A stretch of DNA of 64,000 nt from Raillietiella orientalis (lineage: Eukaryota), in the NCBI GenBank assembly GCA_036172245.1, contig JAYWIR010000012.1, positions 2,914,001 through 2,978,000 on the forward strand, written 5' to 3'. This document shows positions 1 through 13,129 of this stretch, piece by piece; the first letter of the stretch is position 1; the number at the start of each line of letters is the position of its first letter. A program made the translations under genes and the position numbers. The notes under the pieces were generated by a model, which did no database searches, was not told the origin of the DNA, and saw only the letters and a program-made list of their open reading frames with translations.

Positions 1-308
1 CTTGTCGTTCTCCTCAAACTTTCCGATGGCACATCCGCTGCTCTGGCCTCTTTCGCCGTAGATTCCAGTTCTCCACGATTTCACGGAGGCAGCACAAGGC
101 TGCGGCTGCTGCCACAGGCTACATTTCGCCGCGCGTGAAGCGGCGTTACTAGACGTCTTTGGGGTTGTCCCTTGGGGAATGACGCGCCGTAAAGGGACGT
201 TCTAACACAGTTCTCAGGGCCGAATCGCGCTCAGGTGGGAGAAGCGGGATGGTGCCAGGTACAGTGTGAGGCCAACCCCCTCTTCTGGTCCAGTGGTGAA
301 TGCACGCT

Positions 309-1712
309 GTACGAGGCGAGGCGTAGGACGTGGACCTCCTGCATAAAATGCTGTGGGGCTCTTCACGGCCGAAGGCGCACCTCAAAGACCCAGTCGCACC
401 ACGAGGACGTGCAGAACACGGCGGCATCCTGACGTCAAGCAAGATGGCGCCGCAGCATCAGATCAGGATAAGGTCCTAGATGGTCGAAAAGCGGATGCGG
501 AGCTGGTGCCAGTCCGCGCGCGCAATCCCGAGACACGTGGTCGAGGGTTGCCGGGGAACGGCTCCCGTTGCTAACTCGCAACCGAGATCACGTGAAGGCG
601 CTCGAGTACCCAGAGAGGCAGATCTCTGTCCAGTGGGAACGGCGTCTCCTGCATCCCCGCAAACTACAACGCTCGGCACCTGGATTTCCATGCCGGGACC
701 GGCGCCACCGCATGATACGCCCCATCCGCATAACGGGAGCGGTCTCCCCGGAGGAGGTGGAAAGGGACCAACCGAGCCACCGCCACCCCACTAGCTGCAG
801 CACCGCCCTCCCACGGGAGAGAAGCGGCGTTTGCCAGCTGACTGGGTGTGAGTGACCTCGCAGCAGAGTCGGCGGGCTTGGTGGGCTGGTGGTGCCGGCT
901 AACGCGGCCACACCCAGCGCACGCGCTAAACACAGAGCAGCTGCTGCGCTAGGCAGAACAGCCGGACGTTTCGCTCTCGCAGACTGCGACCCCTTCCATC
1001 TGTTTGGAGTGCATCTCTGGCCACCCCTCAGGTGGCAGCTGCTCGAGGAGGCTCTGCCGTTGTCTGAGCTGCGGTTCCCAGTGCAACCAGCGGGATCACC
1101 GCCCGGAAAGACGCCGCCCTTCTTCCGGCGATGGCGCCACTGCACCACCTGCAGGAATGGGGACGCACCCTCTGCCGGACCGCAGTGACCTTCGGGGCGT
1201 GCGGGAACGCCCCGCGGCCTTCCCGCTTACACCCGAAGGCACCCCAGAGTAGCCGCTGAGGCGCCGCCTCGCACGGGACTGGCTTTCGTCTGCTCCCCTC
1301 GATTGTTCCATTCCGTGTCGCTCCAGGAGGATCGTGTCGTCCCGAGACATGCGCGGGAGGCTCTCCAGCAAGGAAAAAAAGAAAGGTCACGATCCCCAAC
1401 GCCGCAGGGATGGAGCACGTGGCAAGGTGGTCCCTGAAGGGCATCAGGATGAAGGAAGCCTCCTCATGCCGCCTGCATCGCACGCAGGTTGCAGAAGACG
1501 CGCATGGTGCGACCGGTGACTCCCGTCCCATCCTCCTTTTTATCTATTGATTTCCTGTCTCCTACCCTACACCCTCCCTGTCCTCCTGCGCAGCCGAACT
1601 GCGCGTCGGTAGTTCTCTTTCCTTTTTCCCCCTCCTCCTGGAAAGTTTGGAACACTCTAATGGATCCGCATGGCCTGATCATCTGCTTGTTTTTTTTTTG
1701 TGTGTTTTTTTG
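309..1712 (+). mobile_element. Degenerate L1/Tx1 LINE, ORF2 C-terminal half plus pyrimidine/T-rich 3' UTR
   Basis: PETRGRGLPG resembles PxxxGGLGLP (~525-555). A CCHC remnant (HL..EC) lies at ~985-1015. In copy B this segment continues directly from RT motifs. Confidence 0.6.
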
Positions 1713-1904
1713 AGGAAAAGGAAGGCCGCATCGTAACTCGATGGAAACGGCGTCAGCGGGAGTTGCGAGGAGAGTTCCAATGCAGAAGGAAAAACCCGCA
1801 ATGGCGGCCACCTGAAAAGGAGCTTCGTGCTTTTCAAGCACATCGGAGGGACCCCTACACCTGCTAATGGGATGGTAAGAAGGCCTACAAATCCTAAGGA
1901 GTGA

Positions 1905-2240
1905 GGTTGTGGGGTCACTCGTCTGTGCGCTGACGTGCGTAAACGTCAGGACCGGCTGCCCAGGAGTTTCATGCTTCCTGAAGTCTCGCAGGTGGGCTGC
2001 AGCCTCACTGTCTCACGGATCACTTCCACAACATGGCAGGGTGTTCTGTTGCTTGCGCATGCGCCATTTGCTCGAGGCGCGCGAGCTGCGGGATACTTCG
2101 TGCTACGGCATCCGTTTCTTCAGCGGACGGAGCTTCCTTTTGGTGTCGTCCACGTTTTGCTGCCTCGACCCATGTCGGGAAAAGGGGTGCGCGCAAGTGA
2201 AGGGAGGGATGTGTGCCGTCTTCTGAGAGTATCCTCGTGA
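1905..2240 (+). mobile_element. LINE APE-endonuclease N-terminal remnant
   Basis: LTCVNVR resembles SWNVRG; CCLRMRHL resembles xLQETHL; YGIRFFSG resembles W.G..FFS.G. Confidence 0.4.
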
Positions 2241-3299
2241 ACTCACGCTCAGCACGAGATCACCCATCCAACTTTTCCATCCTGCATCGAGGGAATGGTG
2301 GCACGCCGTTTTCTTCTTGTTGACATCTCCGTGTCTTTTTGCATCACTTGGTTGGTCGTCCGATCTGGAGATTGCACGATGAAGATTTCCACCTTCCTTG
2401 AATTCTTGTAGTGCGGTTGCTGGGCAATGGAGGGGGCGAGAGACGTCACCAGTACGAACGGTTTCCCTTCTTGCTGGAGCATCAGATCTAGACTTCGTGC
2501 TCGTTTGAGAAAGAGGTTGGTTGGTAGACGTGAACTCCGGATGTTCCAGGGTGTTCCTGTGCTGCCAATCTGCAAAGTCTTTGCTTTGCCAGTGTTGCTA
2601 CTTGCTTGATGAAATGCTCTCTTCTCTGGTCTTGCTGGCCGTCTCGTCGCTGTTGGTTCTCTGTCTCTTGAGAGCAACAGTAGTCGACGTCATTTTAGGG
2701 AGCTGTTTGGATCTTCCATCGCCTACACGTGGAGGGCACTAAAGTAATCTCGGATGGCAGGTACAAAGGAACCTTCGGACGGCAGCCTGCCCTCAATGAT
2801 CACGAGCTTGTTGCAGACGGGGGGAAGGAAGAAGTGAGCTACCTGGAGTTCTCATTACTGGATACAGCTCACGTCACAGCACGTTTGCCGCACGTGCGAT
2901 CGGTGCTGCTCCTGGCGGGTGATACCTGAACGAGAAGTGCATTCGGCTGCTCCGCATGATGAATTCGCGCTCTCAAGCTGAAGGTGTGGCGCTCCGAAGC
3001 GCACGAAACATGGTCTTCTTTACTCGACGCAGGTGTTTCTCAGTGGGAAGAGTGGAGCAGAACGACACTCTTTCGATCGGTAGCCTGCGACTCTTTCCAC
3101 CTTTGCAAAAGAGCACGGAGAGCACATCCTCCCGTTGGAATCGCGTGCCAGAGATGCATGTCCAGCTCGCATCGGCAGAGACGAATGTTCCTTTCTAGCG
3201 AGCTGCTTGAGCTCTGAAACTTGGATTGCAGCTGCTTTTTAAATCTTAAGTGGAGAGGGACTTTCGCGTTCCATCACCCTCTCAGAAACCATTCCCGGG

Positions 3300-3800
3300 C
3301 TCGTAGCGGAGCTGGGGAGAGATGCTACAAAGTCCTCTGGAGGAGATACAGTGCCCTCCAGGGCGCTGGATTAGTGCAACCCTTCCCCTAAAGTGGCGGG
3401 AGTCGGCGATCCTGCTATTGCATTGGGGCCTCCCGTGCAGCGCCCGTCGACATCATTGGACCCAGGGGAGTGCGAGCCCTAACTGCAGCGGGTGTGGCAA
3501 AAAAAAAGTCCCTCCCGCACCTGCTCCTACATTGTTTTGCCCTCATTTCCCTTTGGGAACGCCTTGCCTCGTCCTTGCGGAGCCCCGAGGGCAACCCCAG
3601 ATACGTTTTGAAGCGCATCTTCCTGCACGACGCCCTCACGCCGGCAGGACGCATCCCCAGCAGCACTGCGCTGCTTACGCGGCGGAATCCTGGTTGCATG
3701 GAGCAACGCCAGAGGAGGCCAAAACAATAGGGATGCCATCTGTTTTGCTGTCCTCTTCATGAGGATAACGTCAAGATGGCCCCGTCTGGGAACCTAGAAA
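3300..3800 (-). mobile_element. LINE reverse-transcriptase fragment
   Basis: HLDVIL resembles YADDVIL and KTYLGLP resembles KYLGLP, in the expected order on the minus strand. Confidence 0.4.
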
Positions 3801-4224
3801 CAGGAAATTGCCGGCATCCTTACAAGGATTCAAAAGACGCCCTCCGGCACCCGTTGATCTCTTCCCGAACCCCTCAATTTTTTTGAGAATGTTTTCTGTT
3901 TTATTTTCTTCTTTTTCTATGTCTCCCCTTCTGTGCTGCCTAGACGAACTTCGCCGGCCTGCGAGCCGGTCCTCGACAGGTTCCCATGGTTACATTTGTA
4001 AGCTGACAGGACCAAGCGTCCTGCCACCCACTTCTGTGTTCATTTTTCATGAATAAACGCCCTGGAGCTACCGGATGTCAGTCCCAGGGATGAGTGGGTG
4101 GATTTCGGAACACCGAGTGCTCGTGAGTGCAGTCTGTCCACCCTGCGCAGGAGAGACGTCGAAACCTGAGAGGGACTGGGATGGGTCTGGTTCAAAGTCC
4201 AGAACACCGAAATCCCATACAATC

Positions 4225-4490
4225 TTAAAAGTAAATAAATATCTTCATTATATTCATTAAATATATATCAATGCATGCTATCATATATAGATTAATGTAT
4301 ACACTACAAAGATTATCAAAAAACAGATATAGACTATATAAATTAATATATATGTATACACATATGTGATAAGCATGACATATGTAGTCATGCTTATCAA
4401 CATGCGTATTATTAATGTAATCTATAATGTGTCTATCGTATATTAAGATCCATATATTTGTATATAGACTGTACAAATTATTGAAAGCAT
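4225..4490. other. AT-rich island with a perfect 13-bp hairpin (4367-4399)
   Basis: Abrupt composition shift; TGATAAGCATGAC-atatgta-GTCATGCTTATCA. Confidence 0.85.
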
Positions 4491-5354
4491 TTTGATCGGC
4501 ATCAGCCTGGTATTAGCAAGTCAGCTGCAATCTGGGTCTACTACAGTGGCTGCAGATCTCAAAATCCTTGAAAATTGACGGAACTACCTCTCCCCTGAGA
4601 TGCATCATTTCATGCACCCTTCACCCGAATCTCTATTGGTGCCTGGAGATCTGCATCGCTGGTTCCACGTACGCCCAGCTGTTTGAATTTCTTTCGTGAA
4701 GAGATGCATTCCCAATCTGTGTTCTGTCACATTCTATCAATGCACAAGGGAAATAATAGGATCGACTGTGCACTTGTGGGTAGCTCCGAGAAAACAGCGA
4801 GCGTTACTTCCCCGTTTTCACCCTCCTCTTTTATTGGTTCCCTCCCCCCCCCCCCCGTTCTTCCGGGAGTGTAGATTGGTGAGCCTTTCGCCAAGCGGTT
4901 CGAATGCTCCGTTCTTCCGTTGCTGCCGCGATCTGACTCGCCTCGAGACAGGAGGTTCTTGTCCTCGCGAACTCGGACAAACTAGGCGCCCGCGACCACT
5001 CCCGCGCAGATGGTAAAGCCTGGCACGAAGATCCACGCTCCATTCCCGCCCTCCCATCCCGAGGTGCGGCCAGTGCTAGGAATCGATGCGAAGGCGGAAG
5101 CCTTGAAAACTGAGTTGGAGAGGTGCCGCATGTCCATGCCATTCGGGAGCGCTTGGGGGAAGCCTACGGGAAAATGTCCTTCGAGAAAATCAGCTCTCCG
5201 CACCTGCAAAGAATTTCTCATGAGGGTGTCTCACGCGGCGGGTCTCCGCCGTCTGAGACACCCTCATGAGGGATCCTTGCGTGGACTCAGGATGATGTCT
5301 CCGCGGAGACTGCAGCATCGGCGTCTGCTGTAGTCTTCGCTCCTACTGCAGACT

Positions 5355-5660
5355 GCAGCGGCGGCCGCGCGGATGAGGCGACCCCCACTCGTAGTACCGA
5401 ACGTCTTGGGTTCGAATCCCACCCGGAGACGGACGGGGCGTGCGCCGTTGTGGGCTCGAGTTCCCCGTAAGATGACTCTGGTTGGCCTGCAGACTTCGGG
5501 TTTGGAAGCCGGGGACCCCGCATGCCCCCGTTGACTGGCCAGGAAGAAGTCGACATTCCAGGAACCAGGTTCCCTTCGGGGTTCCTGTCCGGCTGTAAAA
5601 ATAGAGCCTTCCCTCTTTTCAGGGGGGGGACCCCCAGTCACGTAGCATGGAGCTAGTTTA
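5355..5660 (+). mobile_element. tRNA-derived SINE, copy 1
   Basis: B box GGTTCGAATCCC at ~5409-5420. Core GATGACTCTGGTTGGCCTGCAGACTTCG...CCCCGTTGACTGGCC is shared with 24962-25255 and, more diverged, with 63520-63810. Tail is CATGGAGCTAGTT. Confidence 0.75.
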
Positions 5661-5684
5661 TATACCCCTGGGGGTTTGCCTCCC

Positions 5685-5835
5685 TAGAGTGTTAAGGAGA
5701 AGCGCGCTGCTCCCTTCGAAGAGCATCCTTCAGGGACACTGAAAAGCGTCCCTTCGGTGTTCTCTTCAGAAGAGGAAACCAGGAGCTGTCCCTTTCCGGG
5801 GGGTCCTTCGATAGAAGAAACTCGAGGAGCGGATT
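5685..5835 (-). repeat. Dispersed repeat 'R', abutting the SINE tail
   Basis: Reverse complement (GAAGGGACGCTTTT...GAAGGGAGCAGCGCGCTTCT) matches 24880-24940, 58088-58145 and 63840-64000. Confidence 0.75.
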
Positions 5836-5839
5836 CTTT

Positions 5840-6950
5840 ATGCTCCTGAATTCCTTAGTACAAAAAAAAAGTCACGAGGGTGGAGCTCCTGCGTGCCGTG
5901 GGCGAACAGAGGGGAGCGCCCATCGTTCGCGAAAATCCACTCTATCGGGAACAGGGCAGGCAGAAGGGAGATCTCGGAGACCCAGAGATGTCCAGGGTCC
6001 TGGAAAGGTTCGGGAAAACCAGCGAAATGCTTTCCGACGGTCCAGTGCTCGATGATGAAAAGGTGCTCTCTTCGGCAGCAGTCTGCATCCCTGCAGATGC
6101 AGGAGGAAAGCAGCAAGGCATCCGTCTGTGCTCGTCTTGCCAGGGCGGCGCACTCTGCTGTCCACTTCGCGCCCTATGCACAATTCCGATGAATGGAAAG
6201 TCCCGGAGATGCCCCCGGGATCAATTGACAGCCTCCCTCCCTTTTTCTGCCTCGACACGACCCCCGCTTCCACGTTTGAATAGCCATGCGATGGCCGAAC
6301 CGGAACACGCGCTTCTGCAACCGACCCAGGAGCTACCTCGAGCCAAGGATGGTGGAGGGGAGGGGATCCGGGGGATAGATGGGGAGGTCCCTCATCCTGG
6401 AGAGGGGCAGGAGGAAGAAATTCTCCCGGTACTTGTTCCCGGACTCCCGCGTAAGCCCACTCTGGCAGAGTCCACGCGGAGCGGGTGCTCCAACGTTCGG
6501 TTGCAAGGCATAGTGAGGGACACCGCAGTGGCGTCACCTCACTGAGGACAGCGGAGCACGCAGGCTTCGGGTATTGCGATTTCGTGGAATGTCCGCGGCA
6601 TCAAGGCAGCGTTACCTTTCCTCTGGGTGTCTGTAGGCACGGAGGCGCCCACCTTGATGGATGCGCACCTTTCCCGTGAGCAGCGACAAAGTCGGACCAC
6701 CCGGGAAATGGAGTGGGAAGAGGGAAATCCGCATCGCCCGACAGTGGCAGCATAGGTTCAGTAGCCCCCCTCTCTTTCTCTATCCATAGGGAACTAGCTC
6801 CCCTTCTCCCTTCAGGGAACAACAACGAAGACGGCCAGCCAGCTAGTCGGAGGCGTCCTTCGAGAACGCAGGAAGCAAAAAAGACTTGCTGGGATGCTGG
6901 ACGCCGCTCTTGCTGGGAGCCGATCGATGCTTCTATCCCCGCCACGTTCT
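5840..6950 (+). mobile_element. Degenerate L1/Tx1 5' half: ORF1 plus start of ORF2 endonuclease
   Basis: ORF 5880-6545 has RRM-like VLERFGK and a knuckle-like CSSCQGGALCCP. ATTTCGTGGAATGTCCGCGGCATC at ~6579 encodes ISWNVRGI, the APE motif I. Confidence 0.7.
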
Positions 6951-7149
6951 CGTTATAGGACTCCTACACTGGGGGGGGGGGGATCTCCTTAGAATCCCGC
7001 TGAAGGTAGTGAAGATCCAGCTGCGTTCCTCAATAGCTACATGCTTCCCTTGAAGTGGAGACGCCGTGGCAACTGATGCGTGGAGCTGTCCCAAGCAGCA
7101 TACATGCATCCAGCATTTCCACCAAGTGACGCTGAGGTTTCCTCTTTCC

Positions 7150-8284
7150 CCCAAAAAACAAAAAACAGATGATCAGGCCATGCGGATCCATTAGAGTGTT
7201 CCAAACTTTCCAGGAGGAGGGGGAAAAAGGAAAGAGAACTACCGATGCGCAGTCCGGCTGCGCAGGAGGACAGGGAGGGTGTAGGGTAGGAGACAGGAAA
7301 TCAATAGATAAAAAGGAGGATGGGACGGGAGTCACCGGTCGCACCATGCTCGTCTTCTGCAACCTGCGTGCGATGCAGGCGGCATAAGGAGGCTCCTTCA
7401 TCCTGATGCCCTTCAGGGACCAGCTTGCCACGTGCTCCATCCCTGCGGCGTTGGGGATCGTGACCTTTCTTTTTTCCTTGCTGGAGAGCCTCCCGCGCGT
7501 GTCTCGGGACGACACGATCCTCCTGGCGCGACACGGAATGGAACAATCGAGGGGAGCAGACGAAAGCCAGTCCCGTGCGAGGCGGCGCCTCAGCGGCTAC
7601 TCCGGGGTGCCTTCGGGTGTAAGCGGGAAGGCCGCGGGGAGTTCCCGCACGCCCCGAAGGTCACTGCGGTCCGGCAGAGGGTGCGTCCCCATTCCTGCAG
7701 GTGGTGCAGTGGCGCCATCGCCGGAAGAAGGGCGGCGTCTTTCCGGGCGGTGATCCCGCTGGTTGCACTGGGAACCGCAGCTCAGACAACGGCAGAGCCT
7801 CCTCGAGCAGCTGCCACCTGAGGGGTGGCCAGAGATGCCCTCCAAACAGATGGAAGGGGTCGCAGTCTGCGAGAGCGAAACGTCCGGCTGTTCTGCCCAG
7901 CGCAGCAGCTGCGCTGTGTTTAGCGCGTGCGCTGGGTGTGGCCGCGTTAGCCGGCACCACCAGCCCGCCAAGCCCGCCGACTCTGCTGCGAGGTCACTCA
8001 CACCCAGCCAGCTGGCAAACGCCGCTTCTCTCCCGTGGGAGGGCGGTGCTGCAGCTAGTGGGGTGGCGGTGGCTCGGTTGGTCCCTTTCCACCTCCTCCG
8101 GGGAGACCGCTCCCGTTATGCGGATGGGGCGTATCATGCGGTGGCGCCGGTCCCGGCATGGAAATCCAGGTGCCGAGCGTTGTAGTTTGCGGGGATGCAG
8201 GAGACGTCGTTCCCAGTGGACAGAGATTTGCCTCGCTGGGTACCGGACCATATTCATCAGTCTCGGTTGCGAGGTAGCAACGGG
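7150..8284 (-). repeat. Inverted copy of 565-1700 (and of 14330-15465)
   Basis: Highly similar reverse complement; the same ORF translations appear on the opposite strand. Confidence 0.95.
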
Positions 8285-8699
8285 CGCCATCACTTCAGTG
8301 GTACTCAGCAAATCACACATGGGACTTGATTTTCTCTTCACTTCATCATGAGATGAAGATCATAGGTCGAACTCTCACGAGATGTGGTGTCACACCAGAC
8401 TGAATCTAGAAATCCATGAGTCAGAACTACTGATGTTTTCTGTGATGGGAGAGCTGGAATGCAAAAGGACTGGTCTGAAGAGAGCTGAAGAGTGGCTCAT
8501 TGCGACAGAATCCGCAGAGTTTTTCCGGTGCTGTTAGCACTGACGTGTGGAGGTGGTCAGGAAGGAGCATGATGTGACCCGCGGATCTTCCTGGCCACCT
8601 GCAAGTGGGGAAGCTTCAGACTTTCATCTCTGGTCTGCATGCAGGAATGGAGAAGCGGCCACTGAAACTTGACCGATCGAGACTCGGCGAATCACTCTG

Positions 8700-9950
8700 C
8701 GCCAATGAAAGCGCTGTACTTTCAGGAGCGAGCGTGTTCCTCCACGTTGCGCACAGTGGGAACAGCCCATAGCATCTCTCCTTGGCTCGCAGGATAAACC
8801 AGTGATTTCTGACTCGTACTTATGGAATGACCAAGGGCCTTGCTGAGCAGGGAGACGCTAGACAACACTCATACACTTCCACGTGCTTTTCAAGAAAAAA
8901 TGCTTCTGGTCTCCTCAGTATCAAATGATCGTCTTTACCAAAGGAATGTCTTCCTGAGGTCCGTTGAAGCATCCATTTCTCCGTTCCTCCGAGAACCATT
9001 CCAAAGACCGAACGAAACCTGCGGAGGAACTGGAAGCGAAATCCTCGAACCTCCTTTCCTCCCAGACAAAGTGAGCAGAAACCAGAAGCGCAACCTCAAA
9101 CTCTGTAGTCTCATAGACTTCGGTTGTTGCACTGCCGCCATGCCTTTCCCAATCCCCTCCCGGATCTTTGAAACTTTTGCTTCTCACACGGCGGTGGAGG
9201 ATTCTCCTTCGAACAGACCCTTCGGTGGAAATTTCGCCATGGAAACCTAAGGTTTTTTGTAGCGTCGAGGAGCGGGATATTCTGTAAGTCTCATTGCACC
9301 GAGATCAACACGAAACTGACGGAAATGGCTATAATTTTCCCTTTTGTTCCTGAAATTACATGGGAATTGTGCAGCAAGGAGCCAAGTGTTCTAATAAAAG
9401 GTGACTCAGAAACAGACCTTTTGTTTGGTCATCAAATCCCGGGCTATTCACAAACACCTGCTTGCCATTCCCGCAACAGATTCTCGGTCATCCATCATCC
9501 TATCGCAGTTGATCGATGGCTGCACGCATGAAGAATGCTGGGGCTCCCCGGCACACGGATTCGAGGATGGAGCTGGATGCAATGGATAGCGACCCAGCTT
9601 CCTCACGAAAGATTTAAGAACGGTCGCAACCCGACTGGCCCATGACGGAAAATAGCCGATTTCCTGCAAGAAAGCCTTGTTGAAAGTGGCAGTTTCTTCC
9701 TTGTGACCGGATAACTGCTCGGTATGTGATCCATGTCTTCAGGATGAATACGGCTTGATCTGTGATGTGCGTCTTTAGTCATGCCAAAGAGGAAAGGAAT
9801 TCACTTGTTTTTCATCCTGACCCTGTTTGAAACGTCTCAATTAGAACACGGAGGTAGCTGTGGTGGCGAAGATTGTTACCAAGTGAGACAACTGGATTCC
9901 CCAGTCGGTTCTGATGGAGGGTGCAAAAACAGGTGATGGAGAAATTCTCA
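8700..9950 (-). mobile_element. MULE/Mutator transposase remnant
   Basis: SWIM-like CEKQKFQRSGGDWERHGGSA (~9130-9190), LFSVMG and KQVF segments upstream, and a knuckle-like remnant near 8740-8780. Confidence 0.4.
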
Positions 9951-10224
9951 CTATCCTCGCAGTGTGACCTTCCTCTGCTTGGAATCCTTATATAGGTTTG
10001 GGATGATGCTCTCCCTACGTCCTCTCGGAGTCTACAGCGAGACGGCTGCTGAGTTTGACAGTGACTGGATTCAACTTTCAGGGAACAGCCAGCGACCACC
10101 ATACCTTCCCTTCACGGTACCAAGTCCCGTTTCATTGCAAGGCAACGAAAGAGAATGGATTGTCGGCGGATTTGTTTCAACTTTTCTCCGAAGAATTGTT
10201 CCCCTGATGTATGACCTCATGGTG

Positions 10225-11190
10225 CTGATCCGGGAGAAGGGCAAGGCGCCCGCCTCCTCCCGATCAGCACGGGCTCATCCTGAAAGGAGGAGACGCTCCC
10301 AACACCAGCAGCTGGAGTCCGATCACTGTGATAGACGAGGCCGCCAACTTGCTGACGAAGAAATGGACTAAACGCCTGGGGCGGTTATGAGCCGACTTGC
10401 ACTGTTGCCGGGAGGAGCGTAGAAGCCAACGTGTCCCGGCCAGCTCCTGGCTCCGTTTGCAACGAGGAGTTGCGCCACGGTTCGATGGTTCAGTCCTATT
10501 CCTGTCCGATCTTGGTCCATCCATAGCGAAATTTTCTCCGAAGAATCTGTCTGAAGAGGAAACTGCCCCCCCCCCCTCCACCGTGTGGGCAGCAAAAGGT
10601 TTCCAAGATCCGGGAAGAGATTAGGAAAAGCATGATGACCGCGCAGCGACCGGAGCCTACGAGACTACAGAGCTTGGGGTTGCGTTCCCGGGCTTTGATC
10701 GTGTAGCCTGGGAGCTTGGCGGAAAGAATCAGTCCGAAAGGCGAAGGCCAAAGGCTCTCCGTTCAACGAGAAACGAAGTAGGAATGGGATCCCCACGGTT
10801 CGATGCTTTGAGTCCCTCGGTGCACCGTTGGGGAATTTCTCCCCGGCGGAGGCGCTGTCCAGCTGTCTTTAGGACACAGAGTTTGCTTTCTTGGTCCCTT
10901 CCAGGATGGCGGGTTCATCTCGCCGAAACGGACCGTAGTGTGGCACAATTCATGACCCCGGTCCTCCTCTTCCTGCTTTTCTCTTGTCTCCCCGTCCTAC
11001 AGTATTAGGAAGCGGACCGGGAGCTTCCTCAGAGGGTATTCCGGGGCACCCAGGAATTCCGGGTCCTCTTGAAGGATTTGTGCGCTCCGCGTCGGGACTG
11101 CGGTCTTGGCCTCTCTTACGGTGGAGAGGTTGGAACTCCGGCTGCAGTTCAGAAGGTTAGTGCTGGAAGGAAAATGTTGGATCACTCACT
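10225..11190 (+). mobile_element. L1/Tx1 RT fragment, same family as the 38.5-43.9 kb element
   Basis: SWSPITVIDEAANLLTKKWTKRL resembles NWRPITL.N.DYK.LAK.LA.RL. LKDLCAPRRDCGLGLS compares with LKDLCAPRRDGGLGLS at ~39.7 kb. Confidence 0.75.
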
Positions 11191-11539
11191 GGTGAGTCCC
11201 CACAAGATTCCTGGTCAAGCAGGCAACTTCCCCAAAGAGACTCACTTCGTTCTTCGCGTGTTTTCACCCGAACACTCCGGGACGTTTGCTGTAAAAAAAA
11301 ATACAGATTTCTTCCACAAATCGTTCTCACTTTTTTCCTTCGCAGATGGTGACCCTTCCCCTCTGTTTAGAAGGTATCTCTGCACCCTTCCTTAGGTAGC
11401 AGTACGAGGAGCCTCGTAGTAGCATTGTAGGGTCACCACTTCCGCATCCTCCGAAGGAGTCCTCTGCTAGGAGCAGCCACCCGAAGGGATCCTCACAGGG
11501 GAATTAGGGGGAAGGGGAGCAAAAAAAAAAGTTTCTAAG

Positions 11540-12600
11540 ATGTTTGGGGGAGGAGGGAGAGAAGGGGTCGCAGGTTGCTCCTTGGTGGTCTCTGCAGCCT
11601 CCCAAGGATGTCCGCAAGTTCTTCCTAGTTATGCCTCGAGTGCTGCCATCTTGCCGCGATCCTTAGGAACGAGAAGACACAGGAGACGACTCCTCTGCCA
11701 TTGCGGCCACTGTCGCCGATGCTTTCAGCCATCACGATCCCGCGGACGCAGAACGAAGCTGCGATCATCGCGGCAGGCGATATCCCGCCATGCATAAAGA
11801 GAAGTCCGAAAATGGCCCTGAGGTGGTCTTCTGGGAAGTTTAGGAAACGTCCCCACACACGCCGGAGGAGGGAAGCGCATTTGAAAAGCAGGTGCAGAAA
11901 GGTTTCTTTCGCACCGCACCTGGCACCACTGTGCAGGAGTCGCGCATCCCCTGGTCCAGTGGCGGAGGCGCGCGCCACATGGGACGGCGGAATGCAGCAG
12001 CCGCAACTCCGAGTCCTGCAGCTTCATGAGGAGGAGGAGCTGTCAAGTACAGCAGGGATTTCCACTTCTACCAACGGGGTTCCATGGAGATCCGACGCCC
12101 ATCGGAGAAGTCCTTTGGGGAGGGCGGTGGGGGTGGAAGCCTCAGTCAGATGTCGCTCTGTACGGCATCCCAACTCTCTTCTTTCTTCCTGCGACCTCGC
12201 AGTTTATTTACCACCTTGCAGACTATCCAGGCCATCCCTCAGGGACGACAGCGCCGCGGCAAAAGAGGTTTGCTAGGCCGGCAAGTCCATTATCTCCTTT
12301 GCGAGTAGCGAGCGTGTCCGGAGTGCCGCAGACATTGCCTTTCTTGCAAGATCGTGCCGCTGATCTTCGCCTGCGTTTGATCTGCTTCCCGTTTCCAGGT
12401 ACAGGAACTCGTCTGCAAGCGCGGTCCTGCGCCGAGGCAACCTTCTGCCGGGATTGCAGCCGCATCCCAGCGATTCCTGTGGCTGCAGGCGAGGGTGACT
12501 CCCTCTGAGCTGTCAGCCTGCTCTTCCTGCGACCTAGAATCTTTACTTTCTCCAAAAAAGTCGATAGATAAATACTTGGAAAAGATTCTGAACGAAATTA
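11540..12600 (-). mobile_element. L1/Tx1 ORF2 C-terminus (CCHC zinc finger)
   Basis: ARCGAKETFLHLLFKCASLLRRVW resembles C..CG..ET..HLLF.C....VW. Confidence 0.75.
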
Positions 12601-13129
12601 TTCGGGAAGAGTGATGTCTTGTGGGCCGGCTGCCATCGAGGTCCTCTCGTAAGGATGGCAGCGCTTACTCAAGTGGTGGAAGTAGACGCGCCTTCGTGGC
12701 GGTAGGCAGGCTCGGCGTGGGTCTCGTTCCTGCCCGCCAGTCGTGAGCGGGGTGGTCGGAATTCGGAGGTCCCTGCGGGCAGCACCGTGAAATACCATAG
12801 TGCTGTGTTCTTAGAAGACTTCCGCCTTGCAGAAGTTTGATCCGGTTGCTTTTCTCTCCGTCATGCCGGGTCCTTTATTTATAAAAACACAACACACACA
12901 GAAACAGAAAACTTCGTTCCCTGAGTTACGAAAACAACAACTCATTTAGGAGGGTTTACCGACTCGCAGTTCATTAAGGAATTTGTTTGGAGCACTAGTA
13001 AAGACAAGAGGCTGTACAAATAAATAAACAATTGGGACATTGAGGGTTCGTGCTCCTTTTCTAAAGCTCCTGCAAGATGTTGCCGACTTCTATTTTCAGA
13101 TAAAGCCTTTCGCAAGCCTTCCTCACGAA

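Larger units (their letters stand above)
309..2492 (+). repeat. Segmental direct duplication, copy A (copy B at 14074-16257)
   Basis: Sequence from GTACGAGGCGAGGCG to CATCAGATCTAGA recurs at offset 13765 with few differences; the ORF track gives identical translations. Confidence 0.97.

Noticed and set aside
4225..4490. Second NUMT
   Set aside because: No tRNA, rRNA or mitochondrial protein motif found by eye.
5650..5685. Helitron 3' end (ACCCC-CA-GGGGT hairpin plus CTAG on the minus strand)
   Set aside because: The hairpin is short, is not shared by the other copies, and the CTAG overlaps the SINE tail.
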